Origin: Thermodesulfobacteriota bacterium
Lineage (GTDB): Bacteria; Desulfobacterota_D; UBA1144; Nemesobacterales; Nemesobacteraceae
Reading direction: 5' to 3'
Length of the DNA: 59,789 nucleotides
Assembly (NCBI GenBank): GCA_047518015.1
Contig: JAKZRS010000016.1
Coordinates: 1 to 59,789, forward strand
Below are positions 27,272-34,825 of this stretch, piece by piece. The position numbers and the translations under genes are program-made. Under the pieces are notes generated by a model. The model was not told the DNA's origin. It ran no database searches and was given only the letters and a program-made list of their open reading frames with translations. The first letter of the stretch is position 1. Every line of letters starts with the position of its first letter.

Positions 27272-27340
27272 TTTCCTCCCGGAGTTTTTTATCCGGTAGT
27301 TTCAAGTAGCAACCACTATTTTTATATTTGACAAGAGATT

Positions 27341-27354
27341 TTGATAATTGTCAA
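27341..27354. promoter_or_regulatory. FNR-like box TTGAT-AATT-GTCAA, nested in the inverted repeat TTGACAA-N13-TTGTCAA (27328-27354)
   Basis: 9 of 10 defined positions match TTGAT-N4-ATCAA. Lies about 77 nt upstream of the ATG of gene 26711-27271. Confidence 0.35.
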
Positions 27355-27448
27355 GGATATAAAGCGATTTCAGGATGATACGAAACAGTCAGTCTTAACA
27401 AGGGCGTGTAAGCTCTTTGCAAAAAACCCGTTGAAAACACCAGAAACT

Positions 27449-28504
27449 TTATCTGAAGTAAGGAATTATTTCTTTTGAGTACGTTTCAAGTGCCAGATCA
27501 GGATCAGGGCTGAACCTGTAGAACAAGACGAAATTCCTTACCCCTGCGTCTATGAATTTCTCAATTTTCTCTATGCAGTCTTTTTTCGACCCAGTAATGG
27601 TGAAATCAAGTATGGCTTCTCTCGGGAAAAGCTGTCCGAGCTGCCTGAACCTCTGCCTACCCTCTTCATCCGTCGGCACTATGTTGAAGTAGTTAAGTCC
27701 GTGATATTCTTCAGGGATCTCAACGTCGTATCCGGCCTTTAGCAGTTGGTCCTGCATAACCAGTACGTACTTGAAGGGTTCAAGTGTCTTGTAGGCGGCA
27801 TCAACGCTTTCTCCAAGCGAGGTAAATACCCACAAAGCGGGGTCGAAACCGTCATCAAGTGATCTTCCCACATTATCCGCCGCGGCCTTTATCTCCCCGA
27901 GATAACTGGAATAGAGATCGGGATTGAGATCTATCGGAAGCCAGCCGTCGCCTTTTTCTCCCGTCAGTTGAAGTCCTTTTGGCGTGTGGGTGGCCATGTA
28001 AAACGGTATTTTGTTTCTCTCGTAGGGTTTTATCTGCAAAAATGCGCTCTCAAGGTTGTAGAACTGCCCGTCAAAGTCCACGGGCTCGTCGGTCTCCCAC
28101 AGAAGTTTCATGACTTCCATGGATTCTCTGAGTTTTGAAAGAGGTTTTCCCCACTCGATTCCGAATGCGTCAAGATTCATGGATTCCCCGACCCCAAGGC
28201 AGAGCACTACCCTACCTTTTGAAAGCTGATCGACAGTCGCCAGTCTCTGGGCGAAAACGGCGGGATGCATCCTGTGAGGATCAGAAACCGTTCCCAAAGC
28301 TATGTTTTCCGTTTTCACTGCCGCCGCCGAAGCCACTGTCCATGCCTCTGGAGCTATAGCTCCCGGCGCCACGAAAAGCAAGTGGTCAGGGTACCATATC
28401 ATGTCGAATCCAAGCTGATCGGCCTTTACCGAAAAATTTACGAGTCCTTCAACGTCAGCTCCTGGCATCGGAGCTGAGAGTCCGAATTTTATTTCTTTTC
28501 CCAT
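27449..28504 (-). CDS. LLM-class (luciferase-like) flavin/F420-dependent oxidoreductase
   Basis: Start moved to ATG 28504 (MGKEIKFGLSAP). FDMIWYPDHLLF and GRVVLCLGVGES motifs of the LLM fold. Confidence 0.8.
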   Translation of the reverse strand: MGKEIKFGLSAPMPGADVEGLVNFSVKADQLGFDMIWYPDHLLFVAPGAIAPEAWTVASAAAVKTENIALGTVSDPHRMHPAVFAQRLATVDQLSKGRVVLCLGVGESMNLDAFGIEWGKPLSKLRESMEVMKLLWETDEPVDFDGQFYNLESAFLQIKPYERNKIPFYMATHTPKGLQLTGEKGDGWLPIDLNPDLYSSYLGEIKAAADNVGRSLDDGFDPALWVFTSLGESVDAAYKTLEPFKYVLVMQDQLLKAGYDVEIPEEYHGLNYFNIVPTDEEGRQRFRQLGQLFPREAILDFTITGSKKDCIEKIEKFIDAGVRNFVLFYRFSPDPDLALETYSKEIIPYFR

Positions 28505-28613
28505 TGTGGGGCACCTCATGGATAGTTTTGGAAATAGATTACGATCTTGGTAAAATTATTGTTGATTTGCCTCCTAAAGGCAAATAATCCAGCGAATATC
28601 CCGGAGGTATAAA

Positions 28614-29639
28614 ATGAAATTCGGAGTCGGACTCTTCAGCATGCAGACCCACAAGGATCTTGATTACGACCACGCGGATCTTTACAGAAATTCCCTTGAG
28701 CACGTGAAACTTGCCGAAGCGGTGAATTTCGATTCCGTGTGGCTCTCCGAGCACCATTTTCTTGAGGACGGTTACTGCTCTTCTCCCCTCACGATGGCGG
28801 CCGCGATGGCCGCTGTGACCGAAAGGGTGAGAATAGGCACCGGGGCCTTGATACTCACGCTTCATAACCCCGTTAGGATTGCCGAAGATGCCGCTACCGT
28901 TGACCTGATTTCAAACGGAAGATTCGATCTGGGAGTGGCAATAGGCTACAGAAAAGAGGAATTCGAGGGGTTCGGTATCCCGATGGTGCAAAGACCCTCG
29001 AGAATTGAAGAAGGTATAGAGATAATCGAAAAATGCTGGGAGGACGGACCTTTTTCCTACGGTGGCAAAAGGTTCAGTTTTTCGAACATAGATGTTACTC
29101 CCAAGCCTGTGCAGAGACCCATACCCATATATATAGGAGCTTTCGAGGAGCCTGCAGTGAGAAGGGCCGGACGGTTCGGGTACCCGCTTCTTGTCGGCCC
29201 CGGAAGGACGGTTCCCATGATCATGGATACCTTGGAGTGGTATAATGATGAGGCTGAAAAAGCCGGTCGCGACCCATCCAAAGTGGAGCACGTACTGCTT
29301 CGGGAAACTTACGTAGGCGAAAGCACGGAAGAAGCCCTTACCGGCGGAACCGAGTACATAATAAACATGTACAAGTTTTACCTTAGCCTCGGAGTCAAAA
29401 TAGTGATAAGAGGAAAAACCATAACTGACCCCGACGACCCTTTCTTTGAATACATGGCGGAAGATCGTTTCATGATCGGCACCCCTGAATACTGCACTCA
29501 AGAAGTAAAAAAATATGCGGAGAAAACGGGAATCCGAAACATAATGTGCAGGATGGTGTTTCCTCAAGCTCCAAGCGAAGTTATAGCACACTCAATTGAG
29601 CTTTTCGGCAAAGAAGTGATTCCCGAATTCAGGTCTTAG
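28614..29639 (+). CDS. LLM-class (luciferase-like) flavin-dependent oxidoreductase
   Basis: MKFGVGLFSMQ..., FDSVWLSEHHF, GRFDLGVAIGY. Confidence 0.8.
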   Translation: MKFGVGLFSMQTHKDLDYDHADLYRNSLEHVKLAEAVNFDSVWLSEHHFLEDGYCSSPLTMAAAMAAVTERVRIGTGALILTLHNPVRIAEDAATVDLISNGRFDLGVAIGYRKEEFEGFGIPMVQRPSRIEEGIEIIEKCWEDGPFSYGGKRFSFSNIDVTPKPVQRPIPIYIGAFEEPAVRRAGRFGYPLLVGPGRTVPMIMDTLEWYNDEAEKAGRDPSKVEHVLLRETYVGESTEEALTGGTEYIINMYKFYLSLGVKIVIRGKTITDPDDPFFEYMAEDRFMIGTPEYCTQEVKKYAEKTGIRNIMCRMVFPQAPSEVIAHSIELFGKEVIPEFRS

Positions 29640-29824
29640 CGGACTGTCTGGTTGTGGCGCGCGTGAAGAAGAGAGGTTCCCTAAAAAGGATAGATTCAGG
29701 GAACTGCCTGATGGATGCGACATTACTCAGTTTCTAGGCAATGTCGACCCAAACAAACACCTAAGCTGATTGAGGTTGGCCTTCGATTTTGATCGCCTAA
29801 GACAGCGCCCTGAACTTAAATTCA

Positions 29825-31762
29825 CTACCGAACTACCGAAACTCCTGAAATCATACTGAACCCCGGGGATGAAAAACCGAAAACATCCTCATAATTTACA
29901 TTGAACATATTGTTGACTCTCGAAAACAGCCTGATTTTGTCAACAAAGCTCTTCAAACTGATTTCGTACGAAGCCGCCGCGTCAACGATGAAAAAAGAAT
30001 CGTTTTTAACCCTAGTGGAAGGAAACTCACTCCAGTTCACATCATCTCTACTGCCAGCATAGTTTCCCGACAGATTAAAGCCAAAGGCGTTTCTTGAATA
30101 TCCCGCGTTAAATGAGAACGAATGCTCAGGTATCCGTATGAGCTGCTCCCCCTCGGAAAAGGATGGAGACCCCAGGCCGCCGTCATCGGTTACGTCGGTC
30201 TTAACGTAGGCGTAGGTAGCACTTAGTGTTAAAGCGTCGCTTGGGTAAAAACGGATCGCGGCTTCCACTCCCTTGGATTTTGCGCGGCTTATGTTTTCGT
30301 AGTTAGTTCCATTTTCAAATGGCGTGAAACTGTATGCGATAATATTTTTGAATCCGTTTTGGAAAAAGCTCAAATCAAGTTCGACCGCGTTATCGAACAG
30401 CGGCTGGTTGACGCCTATTTCAGCGGTCAGGGTTTCTTCGGGTTTTAGATCCGGGTTGGGTATTGTTCCGAAAGCTGCGCTGAAGTTTTCAAAAAAAGTC
30501 GCTTCTTTGATTCCTCTACTGACGCCTCCTCTTATCTGGGTTCCGGATTCTTTTATCTTCCATTTGGCAAAGACACTCGGACTCCACTCGTTCCCAAACG
30601 CTTCATTGTCGTCATATCTTATGCCCGCCATTACGAAGAATGTCTTAAGCAACGCGAAGTTGTTCTGGGCGTAGAAGGCGTAGTTTTTTCTTGATTCATT
30701 TAAGGAGTCCGTTTTGAAACTTTCTTTTTCATATTCAAAACCCGTTGAGGTTACACTTGAGATCTGATTGAAGTCGACAAAGAAGCTTGATCCGTACTCA
30801 AGGGATATTCTTTTATCGAGAGTATCAAACTCTGATTCGAATCCGTCTAGCTCGGCGGGCTCGGGACCATCGTAACTTTCCCGATCAAGTCTTGTATAGC
30901 CGACCTTAAATGAGTTCTCCCACCACTCTGTCGGGGAAAAAACAATATCGGAACCAGTAACAAGTGATTTTTCTTTTGTCTGGCTGTCGGGGTCAGCAAA
31001 CGTATCGAGCCTGTCCCCCGCGCCTGCGGTCGGGAATTCAAACTTTGAATTTCTGTATATGGAGAAAAAGGAGAGATTTAAATTATCGCTCGCTTCCAGG
31101 TTCATGTTTGCCGTGAAGTTGTTGTTTCTGTAATCATTGTTGATTTCTAAAATGCCTTCATCAATGATTCTTTGGTGAGAAATAAAGTAATCCAGCTTTT
31201 CCAGGCTGCCAGACATGCTTGCGGAATGCTCAAGGATCATTGCGTCTTCGGCGCGGAATCCCAGGGCCACGGATCCTGTCTTTCTGATTTTCCCGCTCCC
31301 GCGCTTTGTTATTATGTTTATAACGGAGGAAGCAGCGTCGGAACCGTAAAGGGATGAATGCGCACCTTTTATTATCTCTATTCTCTCTACATTCTCAGTT
31401 GTAAGAGAAGAGATATCAAAGCCCCCTCCGGCCTGGTTTATCTGGACGCCGTTGATCATCACAAGGTTGTAATCCGACTGGCCGCCCCTTACAAAAATCG
31501 AAGCGTTGCCTCCACGACTTCCCGTGCCGACTACGTTGAATCCGCTGACTCTCGAAAGTATGGATGCGATGTCTTTTTTACCGCTTCTTTCTATCTCCTC
31601 TCTGTCGATAACAGTGACGGAAGACCCAAGATGCTCGGCGTCAATCCAGGTTTTTGTCCCCGTAACTATGATTCTCTCCACTTCTCTCTGCTCGGAAAAA
31701 CCCGTGGGCGGGAACAGAACCAGGATCAAAGTAAAGGCAAGAAATATTTTAAAGCTGTTCAT
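29825..31762 (-). CDS. btuB: TonB-dependent receptor, vitamin B12 transporter type
   Basis: 645 aa. Signal peptide, TonB-box/plug region (IIVTGTKT...VTVIDREEIE), C-terminal beta-barrel. Preceded by a cobalamin riboswitch. Confidence 0.85.
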   Translation of the reverse strand: MNSFKIFLAFTLILVLFPPTGFSEQREVERIIVTGTKTWIDAEHLGSSVTVIDREEIERSGKKDIASILSRVSGFNVVGTGSRGGNASIFVRGGQSDYNLVMINGVQINQAGGGFDISSLTTENVERIEIIKGAHSSLYGSDAASSVINIITKRGSGKIRKTGSVALGFRAEDAMILEHSASMSGSLEKLDYFISHQRIIDEGILEINNDYRNNNFTANMNLEASDNLNLSFFSIYRNSKFEFPTAGAGDRLDTFADPDSQTKEKSLVTGSDIVFSPTEWWENSFKVGYTRLDRESYDGPEPAELDGFESEFDTLDKRISLEYGSSFFVDFNQISSVTSTGFEYEKESFKTDSLNESRKNYAFYAQNNFALLKTFFVMAGIRYDDNEAFGNEWSPSVFAKWKIKESGTQIRGGVSRGIKEATFFENFSAAFGTIPNPDLKPEETLTAEIGVNQPLFDNAVELDLSFFQNGFKNIIAYSFTPFENGTNYENISRAKSKGVEAAIRFYPSDALTLSATYAYVKTDVTDDGGLGSPSFSEGEQLIRIPEHSFSFNAGYSRNAFGFNLSGNYAGSRDDVNWSEFPSTRVKNDSFFIVDAAASYEISLKSFVDKIRLFSRVNNMFNVNYEDVFGFSSPGFSMISGVSVVR

Positions 31763-31919
31763 TCTTTACTCCTCCGGATGCTTGCATATAGCTTTCCCTG
31801 GAAGAGTGGTTACCTGAATGAACACGTGAGACAGAAAACAGAGACCGTGCGGACGCGCGGAGGATCAAAGATTTGTTTCTAAAGTCCATACGCCTAACTC
31901 CCGAGGCAAAGCTACTAGA

Positions 31920-32118
31920 TTGACGCAGGCAGGTCTTCCGACTTAAAGGGCCGCCTGTTATCGAAACAGAGCGACTTTTCCGGTGTGGCCTTCCCGGCTG
32001 TACTTAAAGCCAGTGACCCGAAGCGCAAGCACGCTTCACATAGGCACGGAAAATACCCCTTTTTACGGCTGCGGGAACAGTTCAGGATTTTCACCCGATT
32101 CCCTTAACCTGAATCTGG
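31920..32118 (-). promoter_or_regulatory. cobalamin (B12) riboswitch
   Basis: The minus-strand RNA reads GGUUAAGGGAAUCGGGUGAAAAUCCUGAACUGUUCCCGCAGCCGUAA ... GGUCACUGGC...GCCGGGAAGGCC ... AAGUCGGAAGACCUGCCUGCG. That is the conserved GGGAA / GGUGAAAAUCC / CCCGC core, CACUGG...GGGAAGGC, and the B12 box AGUCGGAAGACCUGCC. Confidence 0.8.
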
Positions 32119-32179
32119 GGTAAAAGTACATGTCGAGGCAGGGAGTGTCAAAAAAGTCCCCAAACGGCAGGAAACGTAA

Positions 32180-32452
32180 TCAGGAATCGCTTGGGGCCAC
32201 GGGGCCGAGCATACGGTCAAGTTCCCCCGAACGCTCAAGGGCCGCAAGCTCGTCGTAGCCTCCTACGAACTTCTCGTTTACGAAGATGATGGGCACGGTT
32301 CTCCAGTTTAGTTTCTCAACCAGTTCTTTTCTTTTTTCCACATCCTCATCAAGCCTTATCTCTTCGTAATCCACTTGTTTTTTTTCGAGAAGCTTTTTTG
32401 CCCTTCTGCAGTAAGTGCAGTAATGGCTTGTGTATATCGTTACGGAACCCAA
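32180..32452 (-). CDS. glutaredoxin
   Basis: 90 aa. VTIYTSHYCTYCRRAKKLL...TVPIIFVNEKFVGGYDEL matches the Grx3-like pattern, but the active site is CTYC rather than CPYC. TTG is the only start available. Confidence 0.8.
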   Translation of the reverse strand: MGSVTIYTSHYCTYCRRAKKLLEKKQVDYEEIRLDEDVEKRKELVEKLNWRTVPIIFVNEKFVGGYDELAALERSGELDRMLGPVAPSDS

Positions 32453-32564
32453 CTTTATTAGAACCTCGGTTTATTTTTAGGTCCTATGATGCTTGGTTTT
32501 TGGTATGTATTCAAGTATTTTTAAGCCTTTACGCTTCCCAAGAGGGCTAGGGGGTTATTATATT

Positions 32565-33116
32565 ATGCGGAAAAGGGCTTTTTTTTTCATTGCGCTTTCT
32601 CTGATCTTCGTTGCGACTTCGTGTTCCGCGACGAAGTTCTTGCTGAACTACGCCTCGGGAGAGGATAGAAAACCCGGAAAGATGAAGGACTGGGTTTACA
32701 CCACGGAGCGCAACAGCTACCGCGTCGTGCCGCTTTCGCAGGATTGGAAGAGAGTGCCGATAGAAGGCGGGGACATCGCTTTTTACAACTCTGGGGAAGA
32801 TGTAATATTCACGGTCAGTTCGGTCTGCGGGGACCGTAATTACGATCTTGAAACGCTCTCAAATTCTCTTGTGGTCGGTCTGGGTAAAAAGCGGACGAAA
32901 CTTCGAAAAGATATTGAAATTGGCGGCGCCAGGGGACTTTACACGGAGTATGAGACATCGGTTGACGATAAGAGTTTCGCTCTTGCGACGGTAGTGCACA
33001 AGTCTCTCAAATGCGATTATGACTTCAGTTATTCAGCGGACCCGGCCGATTTTCAGGCGAATCTCGGGAAATTCATCGATTTTCTTTCAGGTTTTGAGGA
33101 GCTCCGGGCGCAATGA
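32565..33116 (+). CDS. hypothetical lipoprotein
   Basis: Start moved to ATG 32565 (MRKRAFFFIALSLIFVATSC lipobox). ATGA overlap with the mlaE start. Confidence 0.5.
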   Translation: MRKRAFFFIALSLIFVATSCSATKFLLNYASGEDRKPGKMKDWVYTTERNSYRVVPLSQDWKRVPIEGGDIAFYNSGEDVIFTVSSVCGDRNYDLETLSNSLVVGLGKKRTKLRKDIEIGGARGLYTEYETSVDDKSFALATVVHKSLKCDYDFSYSADPADFQANLGKFIDFLSGFEELRAQ

Positions 33117-33901
33117 CCAGATTTGTATCCGAACTGGCTAGCGGTTGCCTTAACTTTATTCTCGGCGTGGGAGAGGTCTGCTTTTTCTTGTGGAATTCGA
33201 TTGTCGCCACCGTTACACCTCCTTACGATTATGGTCTTCTGATGGCCCAGATACACGAGATAGGCTTTCGTTCCATTTCGATAGTCGTGGTTTCTGCCAT
33301 GGCGATTGGAATGGTGATGGTAGTGCAGATGGCGTGGGGATTTGCCTGGTTCGGGGCGAAGGGGCTTGTGGGTCCGGTGGTCACCCTTTCTTTCGTAAGG
33401 GAACTAGGACCAATAATAACCTCTCTTCTTGTGGGGGGCAGGGTTGGTTCCGGCATTACGGCTGAGATCAGTTCAATGAAGGTAACGGAACAGATAGACG
33501 CCATAAGGACCCTTGGAGCCGATCCGATCAGAAAGCTCGTTTCTCCCAGGCTGATGGCATGCATCATATCCTTCCCACTGCTCGCCGTCATATCGAACCT
33601 CGCCGGCATAGGGGGAGCGATGATTATCTCGCAGATGGAACTTAACGTGAAACCCACTCTTTTTATCGAAAGCATAAGGGGCTGGGTTTCTCTTGAAGAT
33701 CTGATGACCGGTATTTCGAAGACGCTGTTTTTCGGAATCATAGTGGCGATTACAGGCTGCTACGTGGGAATGAAAGCAGAGGGGGGCACGCGCGGAGTTG
33801 GAAACGCCACCACTAAAACGGTTGTAATCTCGCTTTTTCTCATAATACTTTTCGACTTCATTCTCTCAAAAATATTTGTTATCGCTGTTTATGACTTTTA
33901 G
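33113..33901 (+). CDS. mlaE: MlaE-family ABC transporter permease
   Basis: 262 aa. RELGPIITSLLVGGRVGSGITAEISSMKVTEQIDAIRTLG is the MlaE/Ttg2B signature. Confidence 0.85.
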   Translation: MTRFVSELASGCLNFILGVGEVCFFLWNSIVATVTPPYDYGLLMAQIHEIGFRSISIVVVSAMAIGMVMVVQMAWGFAWFGAKGLVGPVVTLSFVRELGPIITSLLVGGRVGSGITAEISSMKVTEQIDAIRTLGADPIRKLVSPRLMACIISFPLLAVISNLAGIGGAMIISQMELNVKPTLFIESIRGWVSLEDLMTGISKTLFFGIIVAITGCYVGMKAEGGTRGVGNATTKTVVISLFLIILFDFILSKIFVIAVYDF

Positions 33902-33927
33902 CTTTTCTTGTGTCCGCGTAAAACTCT

Positions 33928-33955
33928 TTGACTTTAAAGCTACATTCAGTAGAAT
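33928..33955 (+). promoter_or_regulatory. sigma-70-type promoter candidate for rplM-rpsI
   Basis: TTGACT (33928-33933), 16-nt spacer, TAGAAT (33950-33955). Confidence 0.4.
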
Positions 33956-33987
33956 TCTGACCCCTAATTTATCCGAGAGGGAATATT

Positions 33988-34416
33988 ATGAAGTCATACA
34001 TGGCCAGAAACGACGATTTTGAAAAAAAGTGGTACCTCATTGACGCGCGGGGAAAACCCGTCGGAAGGCTTGCGACCAGGGTGGCCTTGATTCTTAGAGG
34101 CAAGGGCAAACCGCAGTTTGCTCCCCATTCGGATATCGGGGATTTCGTCGTGGTAGTCAATGCCGACAAGGCTACATTCTCCGGCAGGAAGTGGGAGCAG
34201 AAAACCTATTACAGCCATTCTCACTATCCCGGAGGACTTAAATCGGTGACCGCCGATAAGCTCGCTGAGAGAAAACCGGGTGAGATAATCCGCAAGGCCG
34301 TCTGGGGGATGCTTCCCAAAAACAAGTTGCAGAAGAAACTTCTACAGCGAATGAAAGTCTACGTTGGAGACGAACACCCGCATGTGGCCCAAAATCCCGA
34401 GGTTCTGGAGGTCTGA
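33988..34416 (+). CDS. rplM: 50S ribosomal protein L13
   Basis: KKWYLIDARGKPVGRLATRVALILRGKGKPQFAPH. Confidence 0.95.
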   Translation: MKSYMARNDDFEKKWYLIDARGKPVGRLATRVALILRGKGKPQFAPHSDIGDFVVVVNADKATFSGRKWEQKTYYSHSHYPGGLKSVTADKLAERKPGEIIRKAVWGMLPKNKLQKKLLQRMKVYVGDEHPHVAQNPEVLEV

Positions 34417-34422
34417 TTCATT

Positions 34423-34818
34423 ATGCCTGAAAACGTTATTTACAATGGCACGGGGAGGAGGAAAACGTCAATCGCCAGAGTCTGGCTTAGAAGAGGCGGC
34501 GGGGCCGTTACCGTGAACGAAAAATCCGTGGAAGAGTATTTTCCCAGAGAAGTGTGGCGGATAAAGGCCCGCGAACCTCTGAGCGTCACCGATACTTCCA
34601 TGGAGTACGACGTGATGGTCAGGGTGAAGGGAGGAGGCCTTACCGGCCAGGCGGGCGCTGTGAGCCACGGACTTGCCAGGGCCCTTCTTAAAGCCAACGA
34701 ATCACTTCGGAAGAAACTCAAGGTTTCCGGACTGCTCAAACGCGACCCCAGAATGGTTGAAACCAAAAAGTACGGGAAGCGCAAGGCGAGAAGGGGACAG
34801 CAGTTCTCCAAAAGGTAA
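34423..34818 (+). CDS. rpsI: 30S ribosomal protein S9
   Basis: GTGRRKTSIARVWL...GGGLTGQAGAVSHGLARAL...KKYGKRKARRGQQFSKR. Confidence 0.95.
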   Translation: MPENVIYNGTGRRKTSIARVWLRRGGGAVTVNEKSVEEYFPREVWRIKAREPLSVTDTSMEYDVMVRVKGGGLTGQAGAVSHGLARALLKANESLRKKLKVSGLLKRDPRMVETKKYGKRKARRGQQFSKR

Positions 34819-34825
34819 TTCATAC

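Noticed and set aside
29676-29746. Two hairpins with 7-bp stems and 15-nt loops (GTTCCCT...AGGGAAC and CGACATT...AATGTCG) between the LLM gene and btuB
   Set aside because: They have short stems, large loops and no U-tracts on either strand. They may be weak bidirectional terminators, but nothing supports an sRNA or other element.
34673-34825. N-terminal 51 codons of the 498-aa MIPS track ORF
   Set aside because: They lie wholly inside rpsI in a different frame. The real start must be after the rpsI stop.
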